Of a stretch of 64,000 bases of DNA, positions 9,968 through 20,854 are shown one piece after another. The notes under the pieces were generated by a model that made no database searches, had not been told where the DNA came from, and saw only the letters and a program-made list of their open reading frames with translations. Source of the DNA: Kiritimatiellia bacterium (GTDB lineage: Bacteria; Verrucomicrobiota; Kiritimatiellia; RFP12; UBA1067); NCBI GenBank assembly GCA_050949565.1, contig JBMNFY010000017.1:576001-640000 (forward strand). Reading direction: 5' to 3'. Positions within the stretch are counted from its first letter, which is position 1. Each line of letters starts with the position of its first letter. The position numbers and the translations under genes were made by a program.

Positions 9968-11283
9968 TCTCCGTTATGCGGGACCGCCTCTTCAATCACC
10001 AATTTCCGCCCGGCCGGTGCCGTCGCATCGAGCTGCACCGCAGCAGCGGCCTCCTGCAACAGTGCCTCAGCGCGTGCGGCGTCGCACGCCAGCAACCGCA
10101 TCAAAGGCTGGCCGCGCGCGACCGTCTCACCGGCCTGCACCAACCGATCGACACCGGCCGCCGGATCAATCACATCATCGGTGGTGGTACGCCCGCCGCC
10201 CAATTGCAGCACCACGCGCCCGATCTGCTGCGCGTCAACATCGGTGACGATCCCGTCTCGCGGCGCGGGCACCTCCACCACCGCGCCGGGCTGCGGCAGG
10301 TGCAGCGGGTCGTCAATCACGCGCGCATCGCCGCCGTGTGCCTCGACCATGCGGCGGAACACATCCAACGCACGGCCGTCGTCCAGTCGCGCGGCCAGTT
10401 CGCGCCGCGCCGTCGTGCGGTCGGCCATCACGCCGCCGCGCTCGCACATCAACGCGGTCAATTCGATCATCAGCATACGGGTGTCCGCCGGGCCGCCGCC
10501 TTTGAGCGTTTCAATCGCCTCAGCCACCTCGACGGCATTACCGACCGCGCGGCCCAGTGGCTGCGTCATATCGGTGATCAGCGCACCCATGCGACGCCCC
10601 AACGCCCCACCAACCTGCAATAGACTGTGCGCCAACTCACGTGCCTCGTCGAGCGTCTGCATAAAGGCAGCGCGTCCGCATTTGACATCGAAGACCAGCG
10701 TATCGGCACCCGCTGCGAGCTTTTTGGACATGATGCTGGCGGTAATCAGCGGGATGCTGGGAACGGTACCGGTCACATCGCGCAGCGCGTAGAGTTTTTT
10801 ATCGGCCGGGGCCAAACTCGCGGTCTGGCCAGTGATCGAACAGCCGACTTCGGCAACCACGCGCTGGAACTCGGGAATCGAGAGCTGCGTGGAGTAACCG
10901 GGTATCGACTCTAACTTGTCGAGCGTACCGCCGGTAATACCGAGCCCGCGTCCTGAAATCTTCGGCACCGCCAAGCCCGCCGATGCGGCGAGCGGACCGA
11001 TCACCATCGACAACTTGTCGCCGATGCCACCGGTCGAATGCTTGTCCGCCGTAGGACGCGGCCACCCCTCAAACGACAGGCAATCGCCAGAGCGCATCAT
11101 GGCGTCGGTCAACGCCGCCGTTTCCTCCGGTGTCATGCCTTGGAAAAAGATCGCCATGGCCAACGCGGCCATCTGGTAGTCCGGGATCACGCCAGTCGTG
11201 TAACCTTCGATGAACGCGCGGATGTCATCCGCTTCGAGGACGCCGCCGTCGCGCTTTTTCTCTATCACCCATTGCGGAATCAT
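9964..11283 (-). CDS. pdp: pyrimidine-nucleoside (thymidine) phosphorylase
   Basis: DKHSTGGIGDK, SGRGLG-TGGT-DKLESIPG, SIMSKK. Confidence 0.95.
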   Translation of the reverse strand: MIPQWVIEKKRDGGVLEADDIRAFIEGYTTGVIPDYQMAALAMAIFFQGMTPEETAALTDAMMRSGDCLSFEGWPRPTADKHSTGGIGDKLSMVIGPLAASAGLAVPKISGRGLGITGGTLDKLESIPGYSTQLSIPEFQRVVAEVGCSITGQTASLAPADKKLYALRDVTGTVPSIPLITASIMSKKLAAGADTLVFDVKCGRAAFMQTLDEARELAHSLLQVGGALGRRMGALITDMTQPLGRAVGNAVEVAEAIETLKGGGPADTRMLMIELTALMCERGGVMADRTTARRELAARLDDGRALDVFRRMVEAHGGDARVIDDPLHLPQPGAVVEVPAPRDGIVTDVDAQQIGRVVLQLGGGRTTTDDVIDPAAGVDRLVQAGETVARGQPLMRLLACDAARAEALLQEAAAAVQLDATAPAGRKLVIEEAVPHNGE

Positions 11284-11346
11284 TACAGCCAACCTCCAAT
11301 CTGGTTGCGGGCATTGTACCACATTGCACCCGAACGTTGAAAGTTA

Positions 11347-11403
11347 AACATTACAGGAACATTACAAAAACCGCTTGCATCTGGCGGCACATAAGGGTAC
11401 AAA
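11347..11403 (+). promoter_or_regulatory. tandem AACATTACA boxes (11-bp period) upstream of a putative promoter
   Basis: AACATTACA at 11347-11355 and 11358-11366, then TTGCAT-17nt-TACAAA. Confidence 0.55.
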
Positions 11404-11442
11404 CTACACCGTTCTGTACCAAAGGAGGAATCGTAGCAGACA

Positions 11443-12186
11443 ATGGACATTCTTAAAAGCAAGTACTCGTGGTCGGTTGCTCCCCTGATCTGGTTGGTTG
11501 GCATGGCCGTGCTGTTCCTCATCTGGGCCATCGCGACGCCGGAATGGATCCAGACGCACTTCGACGATGACGGCAACTCGACAATCGAAGTCGTCACGGT
11601 CGGGCTTCTTTTCTTCCAGATCGGTTTCTTTTGGCTGGTGCCGCCGATGCGTGCCTCGCGGTCGCGCCCGTTCTGGCTCACCAACTTTTCTCTGATCTCT
11701 TTCTTTGCGATCTGCCGCCAACTCGATTGGCACAGGTTGCTGATCGCCCCCTCCAACCTGCCGGGCGCCACGCGCGGCACCCCGTTTAAAATGAGATTCC
11801 TCACCAATCCCGTTAACCCGCTGTCCGACCGCCTGATCGTCGCCGCCTGTTTCGTGGTTGTGATTCTGGTTTGCGGCGGCACGCTGCTCTATTTCCTGCG
11901 CCGACTGTGGACCGGCCTGTTCAAGCTACACCCGGTTTCTTGGTCGATCGGTTTTATGGGCGGCACCCTCATCTTAATTCAGATCGCAGACCGTCTGCCG
12001 GCCGTTTTTCGCAAGAATTTCGGCATCCGCCTCTCCGACTCCATGTACGCGCTTATGACCGCCCTTGAAGAAGGGCAAGAATTGTTGCTGCCACTGTTTG
12101 TCATCGTCGCCGTGTTACAAGCCCACTTCATCTACAACAATGACCGTCCGGACGACGATCCGCTCGCCCGTTTCAGAGAACTATAG
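11443..12186 (+). CDS. polytopic membrane protein of unknown function
   Basis: About six hydrophobic segments; SD AGGAGG; first gene of the two-component operon. Confidence 0.8.
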   Translation: MDILKSKYSWSVAPLIWLVGMAVLFLIWAIATPEWIQTHFDDDGNSTIEVVTVGLLFFQIGFFWLVPPMRASRSRPFWLTNFSLISFFAICRQLDWHRLLIAPSNLPGATRGTPFKMRFLTNPVNPLSDRLIVAACFVVVILVCGGTLLYFLRRLWTGLFKLHPVSWSIGFMGGTLILIQIADRLPAVFRKNFGIRLSDSMYALMTALEEGQELLLPLFVIVAVLQAHFIYNNDRPDDDPLARFREL

Positions 12187-12201
12187 CTTGAGGAGGCCGC
12201 C

Positions 12202-12891
12202 ATGCGCGTACTTGTCATCGAAGATGATAAAAAAATCCAGGCGTTCATTAGCCGTGGATTGCGCCAAGAGGGCCACACCGTAGAAACCGCATCCACCGGT
12301 ACCGAGGGTCAGGCGCTCTGGCAGGCCCACCGCTACGACGCCGTCGTGCTTGACATCATGCTCCCGGAAATCGACGGCCTCACCGTACTCAAGCAGTTGC
12401 GCAACAGTGGAGACCTCACGCCTGTCTTGGTGCTCAGCGCCAAAAACGCCGTCGGCGACCGGGTCTCCGGCCTCCAGTCGGGTGCCGATGACTATCTGAT
12501 CAAGCCCTTCGCATTCTCCGAACTCTCAGCACGCTTGAACGCCATTACCCGCCGCACGGCAGCGGCTCCGCAAAAAGGCAAGACCGCGACCTCCATCAGC
12601 ATTGGCGACCTGCATGTGGATATGTTACGCCGCACTGTCGTGCGCGGCGACAAGAAGATCGACCTCCAGCCGCGCGAATTCGCCCTCCTCGATCTGCTGA
12701 TGCGCAACCCCGACCGCCCGCTCACCAAAGCTCTGATCCTCGAGCGCATCTGGAACCTTGACATAGACCCTCAAACCAACATCGTCGACGTTCTGATTTG
12801 CCGGCTTCGCAACAAGATCGATGCCGGCTTCGATAAGAAGCTGATCCAAACCCTGCGCGGAGTCGGTTATGTTTTTCGGACGGATCAATAA
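12202..12891 (+). CDS. OmpR/CusR-family response regulator
   Basis: Receiver domain (IEDD, LDIMLP, GADDYLIKPF) plus winged helix (TLRGVGY). Confidence 0.95.
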   Translation: MRVLVIEDDKKIQAFISRGLRQEGHTVETASTGTEGQALWQAHRYDAVVLDIMLPEIDGLTVLKQLRNSGDLTPVLVLSAKNAVGDRVSGLQSGADDYLIKPFAFSELSARLNAITRRTAAAPQKGKTATSISIGDLHVDMLRRTVVRGDKKIDLQPREFALLDLLMRNPDRPLTKALILERIWNLDIDPQTNIVDVLICRLRNKIDAGFDKKLIQTLRGVGYVFRTDQ

Positions 12892-14293
12892 GGTCTTCCG
12901 CTCCTTCGCCTTCTACCTGTGCTTGGGCTACCTCGTGGTCTACGCGCTCTGCACCGTCAGCATCTACGTGCTCGCCAGCCAAGTCATCACGAAATCCGCG
13001 CGTGGGTACGACCGGCAGGACGTCACCGCCGAAAGCGAAGAGTTGGTCGAACTCATCCAGCAGAGTGCCGGCAGCAACCTGCTGGCAGAACAGGTCACAA
13101 TGGAACGCTACCCTCCCTCCACCATCTTCATCGTCCGTGTCATCAACCGGCGCGGCCAGGTGGAGTACACCATGACCTGGCCCAAAAAGATCGACCTGCC
13201 CGACTGGCGCGTCTATACGCCCCCGCAGGAGGCCTCGTCCCTGCCGCCTGCCGGCCTGAGCGAGTATTACATCAAGCCCCTTGGCCGCCACATCCAGATC
13301 CAGACCACCCTGCTCGAAGACGGGCGCGTCCTGCAGGTAGGCAAGGGGTCGTTTCTGGAGGTCGATCAAAAGAGCATGCTGGCCCGCATGCTACTGGTCT
13401 TTGCGTTGCTCTCGACCCTGTTTTCAGTTCTTTCCGGCATCTTCATGATGGTGATCACGCTGCGCCCCATCCATCACATCACCGACTCCATGAGCCACAT
13501 CATTGAGACCGGTGCCTTTGAAACCGGTGCGCCTCCCGTCAAAAGCCTGATCGCCGAACTCGACACCCTCGGCCGCCTCTTTACGATCGTCACCGAAAAG
13601 TACGCCAATCTGATCCAAGCCATGCGGCAGACCATGGACAATATCGCACACGACTTTCGCACGCCCCTCACCCGTATCCGCGGTGCCGCTGAACTCGCCC
13701 TAAACCATCGCGATCTCCCGCAAGATGTGTCCGACACGCTGGCAGACATCATTGAAGATTGTGACTCCGCCAAACTCCAGTTGCAGAATCTGATGGACGC
13801 ACGCGAAATGGAGAGCGGCTTCGTCAGGCTCAACATCCGCCCCTTTAACCTGACCAAGCTGATCGACGAGATCGTCGACCTCTACACACTCGTCGCGGAA
13901 GAGAAGGAGATTTCCCTTAAAACCGATCTGCCAACTGCGGACATGCTCGTTCGGGGCGATCGGCCGCGTCTGGTGCGTGTCTTCGCCAATCTCATCGACA
14001 ACGCCATCAAATACACCCCACAGCGCGGATCGGTCATCGTCTCTTTTACCGCAGATGACACCGGCATTACCACCTGTGTCCGCGACACCGGCATCGGCAT
14101 CCCGCAGGAAGAACTCGCGCTGATCTGGCAACGGCTCTTCCGCGGTCAACAGGCTCGGGAGGCGGAGAAGGGCCTAGGGTTGGGTCTCAACATCGTCCAG
14201 GCCATCGTCGCCGCCCACGGCGGCAAGGTATGGGCCGACAGCACCTCCGGCCAAGGTACCGCCTTTTACGTCACCCTGCCGCGGCACCCTTAG
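12869..14293 (+). CDS. membrane sensor histidine kinase
   Basis: Two TM segments, H-box IAHDFRTPL, NLIDNAIKY, DTGIG, GLGLGL. Confidence 0.95.
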   Translation: MFFGRINKVFRSFAFYLCLGYLVVYALCTVSIYVLASQVITKSARGYDRQDVTAESEELVELIQQSAGSNLLAEQVTMERYPPSTIFIVRVINRRGQVEYTMTWPKKIDLPDWRVYTPPQEASSLPPAGLSEYYIKPLGRHIQIQTTLLEDGRVLQVGKGSFLEVDQKSMLARMLLVFALLSTLFSVLSGIFMMVITLRPIHHITDSMSHIIETGAFETGAPPVKSLIAELDTLGRLFTIVTEKYANLIQAMRQTMDNIAHDFRTPLTRIRGAAELALNHRDLPQDVSDTLADIIEDCDSAKLQLQNLMDAREMESGFVRLNIRPFNLTKLIDEIVDLYTLVAEEKEISLKTDLPTADMLVRGDRPRLVRVFANLIDNAIKYTPQRGSVIVSFTADDTGITTCVRDTGIGIPQEELALIWQRLFRGQQAREAEKGLGLGLNIVQAIVAAHGGKVWADSTSGQGTAFYVTLPRHP

Positions 14294-14304
14294 TCGTTTA
14301 TACC

Positions 14305-14593
14305 AGTGCGGCGGCAAGCGGTATTCCGCGCAACGCCGCTTTTTCTGCGTTCGGCGTTCAGTGTTCGACGTTCGGCGTTCGGCGTTCAGAAGCGGCGTGA
14401 AACGCCGCCCGGACGAGCGACGCTCGTCCCTCCCGGCACTGCGCGAGCCGGATCATGGACTGGAGGGCGAGTGTCCCCACGAGCCGCCTTCCTCCGTGCG
14501 GAAGGATGGTTTCGCAGGTTTCAGTGCGGAGCACCGGGAGGGGCAAGTGTCACTTGCCCGGCGGCGCATGCGCCGCCCACTTGAGCGTTGAAA
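14305..14593. repeat. cluster of REP-like hairpins and a heptamer run (BIME-like)
   Basis: 14307-14344 matches 57898-57935; 14391-14488 matches 29171-29269 and 29500-29598; diverged inverted copy at about 14535-14577. Confidence 0.85.
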
Positions 14594-14610
14594 AATCCGC
14601 TCTTTTCGGT

Positions 14611-16080
14611 TTACAGGCCGCGCTCGAAAAACAGCCAGCCGAGGTTGGCCGGATTGTCGGTGTTGATCAGAAGACGCGGCCCCCAGGGCTTCCGAGCGAT
14701 CCAAGACGTTTCTCCCACTCCGGCAATCTCGTTCCTGACATTGACACGTAGCGGTTTGGGGACGACCGGATCAGCTTGGAGCGAGACGAACGGGATGCGC
14801 CGCCAGCCGTACCAGCCGCGGTTGTCTTTCATGCGGAACCAGGTAATGCTGTAATTGAGCGTCGGCCACAGTCTGCGCGGCTCGACCGTGAGCGTTACGG
14901 AGCCCGCCTTTTTCAGGTGTTCGCCAACGCACTCGGTCAGCACGTAGAAGGCGTCGCGGTCGTGGCAGCAGGCCCAGCGGATCTCGGGCACGGCGGCGTT
15001 GGTGCCGGAACAGGTCTGCCACTCCAGTCCGTCGGGCGGACGGTGGTTGGCGGGATTGCCGGACAGACGCGTGCCGATGTCCGCGCAGAAGAGGCTGCGC
15101 ACGGCGGGGCCGTCTGGCTTGCGTCCGGAGTAGGCGGCAAAGACATCCGTGCCGCTCGCGATCTCGCGCTCGAGCGCGGGGAATTCCTTGTCGAGCAGGC
15201 CTTGGATCTGCTTCATGCGCCAGCGGATTTTCGCGGGATAATACTTGTAGCCGCCGGCCTCCGAATGGAAGCCCAGACGCGAGTCGGCCTCGCACAGGGC
15301 GACCAGTTCGCCGCCGTTTTTCAACTCCTCTTCGGCGATCCGGCGCAGTTCCTTGATCGTCTCAAGCTGCTGGGCGGGAGTTTCATGAACCATACGCTCG
15401 CGCAGATCGTAGAACTGAAGAATGTTCAGCCCGCTACGGAACTGGATGCCCAACGCCTTGGCCACGCCGATGTCCAGACGGCGTTCCGGCAGAAGCCCCG
15501 GGACGGACTCCAGCGTCCGGAGCAAATCCACGCCCCAGTTCCATCCGGCGCTCAGGGTACGGCACGACTCGACGGCCTCGGAAAGGGCATAGGCCTGCGC
15601 CAGACACTCACCGATCCGGTCTCCGCAGGGCGGGAAGGGTGCCGGATTCATCCACGTCGGAACGAGCGGAGCGTCCTGCGGACGCAGCAGCAGAGGCCAG
15701 ACCACGCCATCGTGCATGGGGCCCCACCACTGGAACTCCGTGATCAGCGGCATGTGCTCATACCCGTCGGCCATCCGCTTCCAGGCCTGGGCAACCTTGT
15801 CCGCCTGCTTGCCCCAGTCGGGGCGCGCCAGCTCCTTCAGGAATGTCTCTTCCGATTCAGGGAAGGGCTCGAACGAAAGTGCGCCCGCCGCCTTGTTCAT
15901 GATCCCCGGAAAGTTGCCGAAGTACCAGCAAAGCATGGCGCGGGAAACGCCCAGCTCCCGCATGGCCTTGAATTTCCGGTAGAGCAGGCCCGGAACCGGG
16001 ATCTGCGGCGCGGTGGCCACCTCGTGCGAGTTGCAGGTCTGGATTTTTGCGGACATCGGCATGCCGGCCTGTCGGGCCAC
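14611..16080 (-). pseudogene. 5'-truncated C-terminal part of a large uncharacterised protein
   Basis: Protein-like sequence (SAKIQTCNSHEVATAP...CWYFGN) begins abruptly at a junction with the upstream gene; no start or SD of its own. Confidence 0.65.
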
Positions 16081-18345
16081 ACGCGGTGACATTGGTGTCA
16101 TTGAGCGTGGTAAGGGAGTCGAGCTTGGAGGCGTCTAAGCGGTAGGAGAGCCCGGAGATGTCTGACAAGCTCCCCATCTTAAGGGTGCCGCCTGAGACGG
16201 TCGTCGCGCCGCTGTAGCGGTTGGTGTTAAAAAGGGTCAGGGTGCCGGTGCCGGTTTTGACCAGCGAGATCCCGTCGTCAATCTGTCCGGAGAAGACGGT
16301 GTTGGTATTACCGGAACCGACCGTCAGCACAAGATCCAGCCCCGAGGAATTCACGACCCGGCCGACGCCGGAGAGCGCGCCGAAAGCGGCGGAAGAACCG
16401 CAGAGGTCGAGCGTGCCGTTGAGGGTCAGCGGCCCGGCATAGTCGGGGACACGACCGAGCTTCAGGGTACCTGCTCCTTGGTGTGTGAGAGATCCGGTGC
16501 CACTGAGGAGATTGGTGACCTCAACGGTGGACGCGCTGTCGAAAATCAGGCTGTAGTCATTCTCAACCGGACCGGTTCCTAGAGTCCCGCCCGTGCCGAC
16601 CTTCAGGGTGTTGCGGTGCACACGCGTGCCGCCCGAATAGGTGTTCGTTCCGGTCAGCACGATCGTACCGGAGAGACGATCAACAGTGTGATCCCCTCCG
16701 ACTTCGAGTCGCCACGGGCCAGAGATCGGGCCGCTAAAAGTTCCGGTGACTAGTCTGTCTGAAGCGGCGATGCATGTGTCGCCGAGCAGCTCGACCGGCC
16801 CCGTGAATCGAGCGTTGCCCCCGATCCTGATGGCGCCGAACCGATAGTTTGCCTCCACATGGCCAGTGAGACCGGAAATGTGGAGGGCATTGGTGATAGT
16901 GAACCAGGAGCCGGAGAGATAGAGTTGGCCGCCCCAGCCATCGTGGCCTAGCACGGTGATATCCCCGCCGCCCAGGGCACTGTTTTTCGACATCACGACC
17001 CGTCCGGAGAGGATGCGGGTCCCGCCGGTGTACGGGTTACTGCTGGCAGGACTCAGATTGATCTCGGCACTCGGAGAGAGCCCGGCAAAAGTGATGCCGT
17101 TCTGGCCGGCCAAGGACGAGTAGACAATGGTTTGAATCGCGCCGCCGGTGTTTATACCGTTGAAAAGGACAATGCCCTCCGAGGTACCGAAGTCCAAGGT
17201 ACCGCTGGAGACCACAGTGGTCGTTTTGCCCGTCTTGTTCAGCATCAGGCCGGCCGGGCGAGTGCCGTCTCCGACGGTAAGGGTTTTGCCGACGTTGACA
17301 TTCAGGAGCACACCGCTGTTCACGCGCAAGGCGTACACGCTCGCGTTGTCGGTGGCCGTGGTGGCGGTCAGGTTGGCGATCGAGTCGGCGCCCCCGCCGA
17401 GCCCATCGGTGTAGTTGGCGACCGTAAAACCATTCGCACCGTAGGTCAGGAAATCGCCGGTATTCCCGCTATCATCGCTGTCGCGCCCCACGATTGAGGC
17501 ACCGACCATGCCGTTGTGGGTCGGCACGCCGCCGTTCACGAACAGACGCTCGGCGGCACCCAGATTCGCGGGGGAGGTTCCGTTCGTCGGCTCGACGATC
17601 AGCACGCCGCTACCAGCACGCGTGAGGACGCTCTCGGACGCGGCGGAAGCGTTGCCCAGCGTCAGCGTGAGGCTCGTGTTCGCGCCCTTCGCGAGATCGA
17701 GGGTTGCGGCGCCGCTGTAGGTGAAGGTGGCGTCCGTACTGCCGGAGGCTGCTGTGAGGGCGACATCCTGGCCGCTGCCCGCAGGAGCGAGATTGAGCCT
17801 GCCGCCATTCACAGCCACACTGCCGGACCCCAGAGGCGCACCGCCGGTCGCGGACGAGGAGAGGGTGCCGCCGTCTAGGGTCACCGGCCCCGCCAGAGTC
17901 CCGGGGGTTTCGGCAGTGAGACCCAGTTGACCCGCGCCGCGCTTGGTCAGTCCGCCCGTGACGTTCAGCGGTACGGCGAGCACGGCCCGCGTGGTATTGG
18001 CGGCACCGATGCCGACTGTGACGGTTGCGGGGGAGGCGTTGTTGTCAAGGGAAATGGCGTTGTTGGTGACCGTGTGAAAGCCGTTGGCGAAGAAGAGGCC
18101 GCCGAGCGTCAGCCCCGGAACGTTTTGATTCACGGTCGCGGCAACGAAGTTGGTGAAGGAGGCCACCGAACCCGCGCCCGAGGGGACAACGCCGCCCATC
18201 CAGTTGGCGGGGTGTTCCAGTCGCCCGATGCGATGTTGTTCCACGCGCCTGAATCGGCGCGCGCCTCGGTAACGCCGAGCAGCACGGCGGAACCGCAGCA
18301 AAAAACCTTTAAAAATCCGGCGACACGCATCGTTCTGTTTTCCAT
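16081..18345 (-). pseudogene. autotransporter-associated beta-strand repeat protein, frameshifted near 18212 and 3'-truncated
   Basis: Signal peptide frame MENRTM...ARADSGAWNNIASGDWNT (SD AAGGAG) shifts to PANWMGGVVP; LTKRGAGQL, NTYSGGT and LVKTGTGTLTL repeats; ends at YRLDAS...NVTA. Confidence 0.75.
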
Positions 18346-18484
18346 CGTCCGACTCCTTGCGTTTCGTACGCTGATTTTCATAATCATAGAGTGGGCACCA
18401 TCGCCAAGGCGGGCCAGCAACCACCGGCCCCAGACAGTTTTGGGGCATTGTCCAAAGGAAAGGGGGAAAAAGTCAACCCTAAAA

Positions 18485-20851
18485 TCAGAAAATCTGTGCG
18501 ACGAAGCTGGGATCCATCGGGCACGTGACCATGACCTTGTCGTCGGCCTTGCCCCCCTTGATCGAGTAGTCCACAAGCTTGCCGTTTTTCATCTCGGCGG
18601 AAACAACGTAACCGCCGCAGGCACGGAAGTTCTCAAATTTGCCGGTGAATTTTTCTGGGACGGACGGGAACAGGCGGATCTCCCCACCCCAACTCTGTAA
18701 CAGCGCCTCGCTTGACAACATCAGGAACGCCGCCCCGCCTTCGATAACCGGCGCTACAAGCGCTTTGGCGTCAGGGTTGTAGGTGAGATCGTTCGGGCCG
18801 CGGCGTCCCCACTCCGTGAGTTTGCCGTGGTAATTACGACGGAGCAGCTTCGGTGCCTTCTTCACGTTGGCCAGCGCTTCCTCGCGCGTCATTTTCGTCA
18901 AGATGATCGGGTTGTGCGAAAAAACCCCATTCGGCTTGGCAAATCCGTCTTGGAAATCCTTGAGCGCCTCCCACCCTTTCACGCCGCCGTGAATGCGCGT
19001 CGTCGCCATGCCGAGATAAAGCGCGCTCCAGTCGTGTACCGGATGCGGTTCTGGCGTCTCGTATGAAATCTCCACCGCGTACTTCCATGCGTAATCAAGC
19101 GTTTTCTTGGCGACCTCGATATCGGTGTCGGCTTCAGAAGGGAAGAACGGATAAAAGAGATGACCGCCGTACATATAGTGGTCGTCAGGGATTTCCGGCC
19201 CGCACCACCAGCCGCCTTCGGAATGTTTCGCGAAGGCGGGATAATGCGCGAGCACATCCTTCCAGAGTGCCAGTTCCTGCGCATCGCATTTGAAACGTGT
19301 CGCCGCCTCTACAGCGGTTTCGAGACACGGCTTCAGACAGGCGATTGCCGTGGTGTCGTCCTTGGAACCGGTGAAAATCTCCGGCGGCACCGACCAGATG
19401 AAGTGATAGGTGCCGTCAGCGTCTCGGGTCATGGTTTCGGTGTAGAAGAGGATGAACTTTTTAAGCAGCGGATAGATTTCGCGCAGCACCGCTTCATCGC
19501 CGGTGTACCACCACGCCTGCGCCAGCACGAGTCCCGAGTAGGCACCTCCGCACAGCGTGTAGCGGTAGTCGGCGACGGGATGTTCGAATCCAAACTGGTT
19601 CATGTTCAAGGGCAAGTAAGCGCCCTTCACGCCGAATTTTTCCATCGTACGGCGTTCTATTTCTGGCATCGCATCTTGATACGTGCGGATGAACGGTTTA
19701 ATGAACTCGGCGTGATTAAGAGGAAAGAACGGCATCATCGGGATCTGCACGTTCTGGTCGTGGACGTAGCAATGAGAGCCGACACCGGCGTTAGCGCCGT
19801 CGATGGGGCCGTAGATGAGGCCGTTCAACGCCGGCATCGGCGATGCTCCGAACTGCGCGGCGAGCGCATAAAGGGCGTAGTTCCACTGGGTATCGACAGC
19901 CGGATCGCTATCGAAATAGGCACGTGCGCCCCTCATCCAGAAATCCTTCCACCATGCCCGGTTGTCCGCGCGCACGCGGTCGAAGCCGTCTTTCTCAGCG
20001 GCCTTGACCGCATCGAAGGCGGCGGCAACGGGATCGTCCGCATCACGCGTGGTCCTGACCGCGAGGAACAACGTCTTGCGCCCAGACGCCCTGACAGATG
20101 CGGTGCGCCCGTGCGCCACGGGCGTTGCGGGCGCAGACATCGCCACCGCGTATGTCTCGCCGCCCGGCAGACGCTGCGCAAAACCGACGACGCCGTCTTT
20201 GATTGTCCAAGCAAAGCCGCTGTCCTCAAGACGATGATCCTCTGGCCGCGCGAGTTGAATGACGGCGAGACGGTTCGGCGCGTTCGGATCGCCGATGTCG
20301 ACGACCATCACGTCGCGGCTACGTTCAATGAACGAAAGTGCTTCCGGCGTCAGGAACGGCGACGTCATCTTGGCGGACAGTTCGCCCGTCCGCGTGTCGA
20401 GTTCCTGGCGGGTGGCGGGGATGGACGGCATCGACCAGCCTACCCCGCTCCAAAAACGAACATGCAGGATTGCGGCAGAAAGCGAAGCCGTCAGCATGCT
20501 GCCGCCATCCGGGAAACCTTTGGTTCTTTGCTTCTCGGCGCGGAGAAACGCAACCGAATGCCCGGCATTCGTGGCAACGCAGGCCATCACTTCGGCATGC
20601 GGCGTGTACTCGCAGGAGAACACCCTTGAGTCGAGGACATCGTTGCGGTTGATCGTCCACTCGAGGTGCGCCGGCGCGTAGGCCATCGCGCCGGTGGCAC
20701 CGTCACCGATGAAAAGCCCGTCCTGCCAGATCGTTCCCGCCTGCTCCCGCACGAACACCGTTTCTGGGGACGCGGTCAGCGCCGACGCAACGAGCGCCGA
20801 CGCCGCTACCAAGGCAGGGGCTGTCCACTTCTGCTTTCGTTTCGATCCCAT
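18485..20851 (-). CDS. secreted GH95-like (alpha/alpha)6 glycoside hydrolase
   Basis: Signal peptide; GLFIGDG N-terminus; WWKDFW, SVPPE; C-terminus LLQSWGGEIRLFPSVP...FRACGGYVVSAE. Confidence 0.75.
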   Translation of the reverse strand: MGSKRKQKWTAPALVAASALVASALTASPETVFVREQAGTIWQDGLFIGDGATGAMAYAPAHLEWTINRNDVLDSRVFSCEYTPHAEVMACVATNAGHSVAFLRAEKQRTKGFPDGGSMLTASLSAAILHVRFWSGVGWSMPSIPATRQELDTRTGELSAKMTSPFLTPEALSFIERSRDVMVVDIGDPNAPNRLAVIQLARPEDHRLEDSGFAWTIKDGVVGFAQRLPGGETYAVAMSAPATPVAHGRTASVRASGRKTLFLAVRTTRDADDPVAAAFDAVKAAEKDGFDRVRADNRAWWKDFWMRGARAYFDSDPAVDTQWNYALYALAAQFGASPMPALNGLIYGPIDGANAGVGSHCYVHDQNVQIPMMPFFPLNHAEFIKPFIRTYQDAMPEIERRTMEKFGVKGAYLPLNMNQFGFEHPVADYRYTLCGGAYSGLVLAQAWWYTGDEAVLREIYPLLKKFILFYTETMTRDADGTYHFIWSVPPEIFTGSKDDTTAIACLKPCLETAVEAATRFKCDAQELALWKDVLAHYPAFAKHSEGGWWCGPEIPDDHYMYGGHLFYPFFPSEADTDIEVAKKTLDYAWKYAVEISYETPEPHPVHDWSALYLGMATTRIHGGVKGWEALKDFQDGFAKPNGVFSHNPIILTKMTREEALANVKKAPKLLRRNYHGKLTEWGRRGPNDLTYNPDAKALVAPVIEGGAAFLMLSSEALLQSWGGEIRLFPSVPEKFTGKFENFRACGGYVVSAEMKNGKLVDYSIKGGKADDKVMVTCPMDPSFVAQIF

Positions 20852-20854
20852 ATC

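Noticed and set aside
15857-18448. ORF-track 863-aa protein as an intact gene
   Set aside because: Its first ~78 and last ~75 residues are out-of-frame read-through; the true start is 18345 in another frame and the gene is cut at about 16081.
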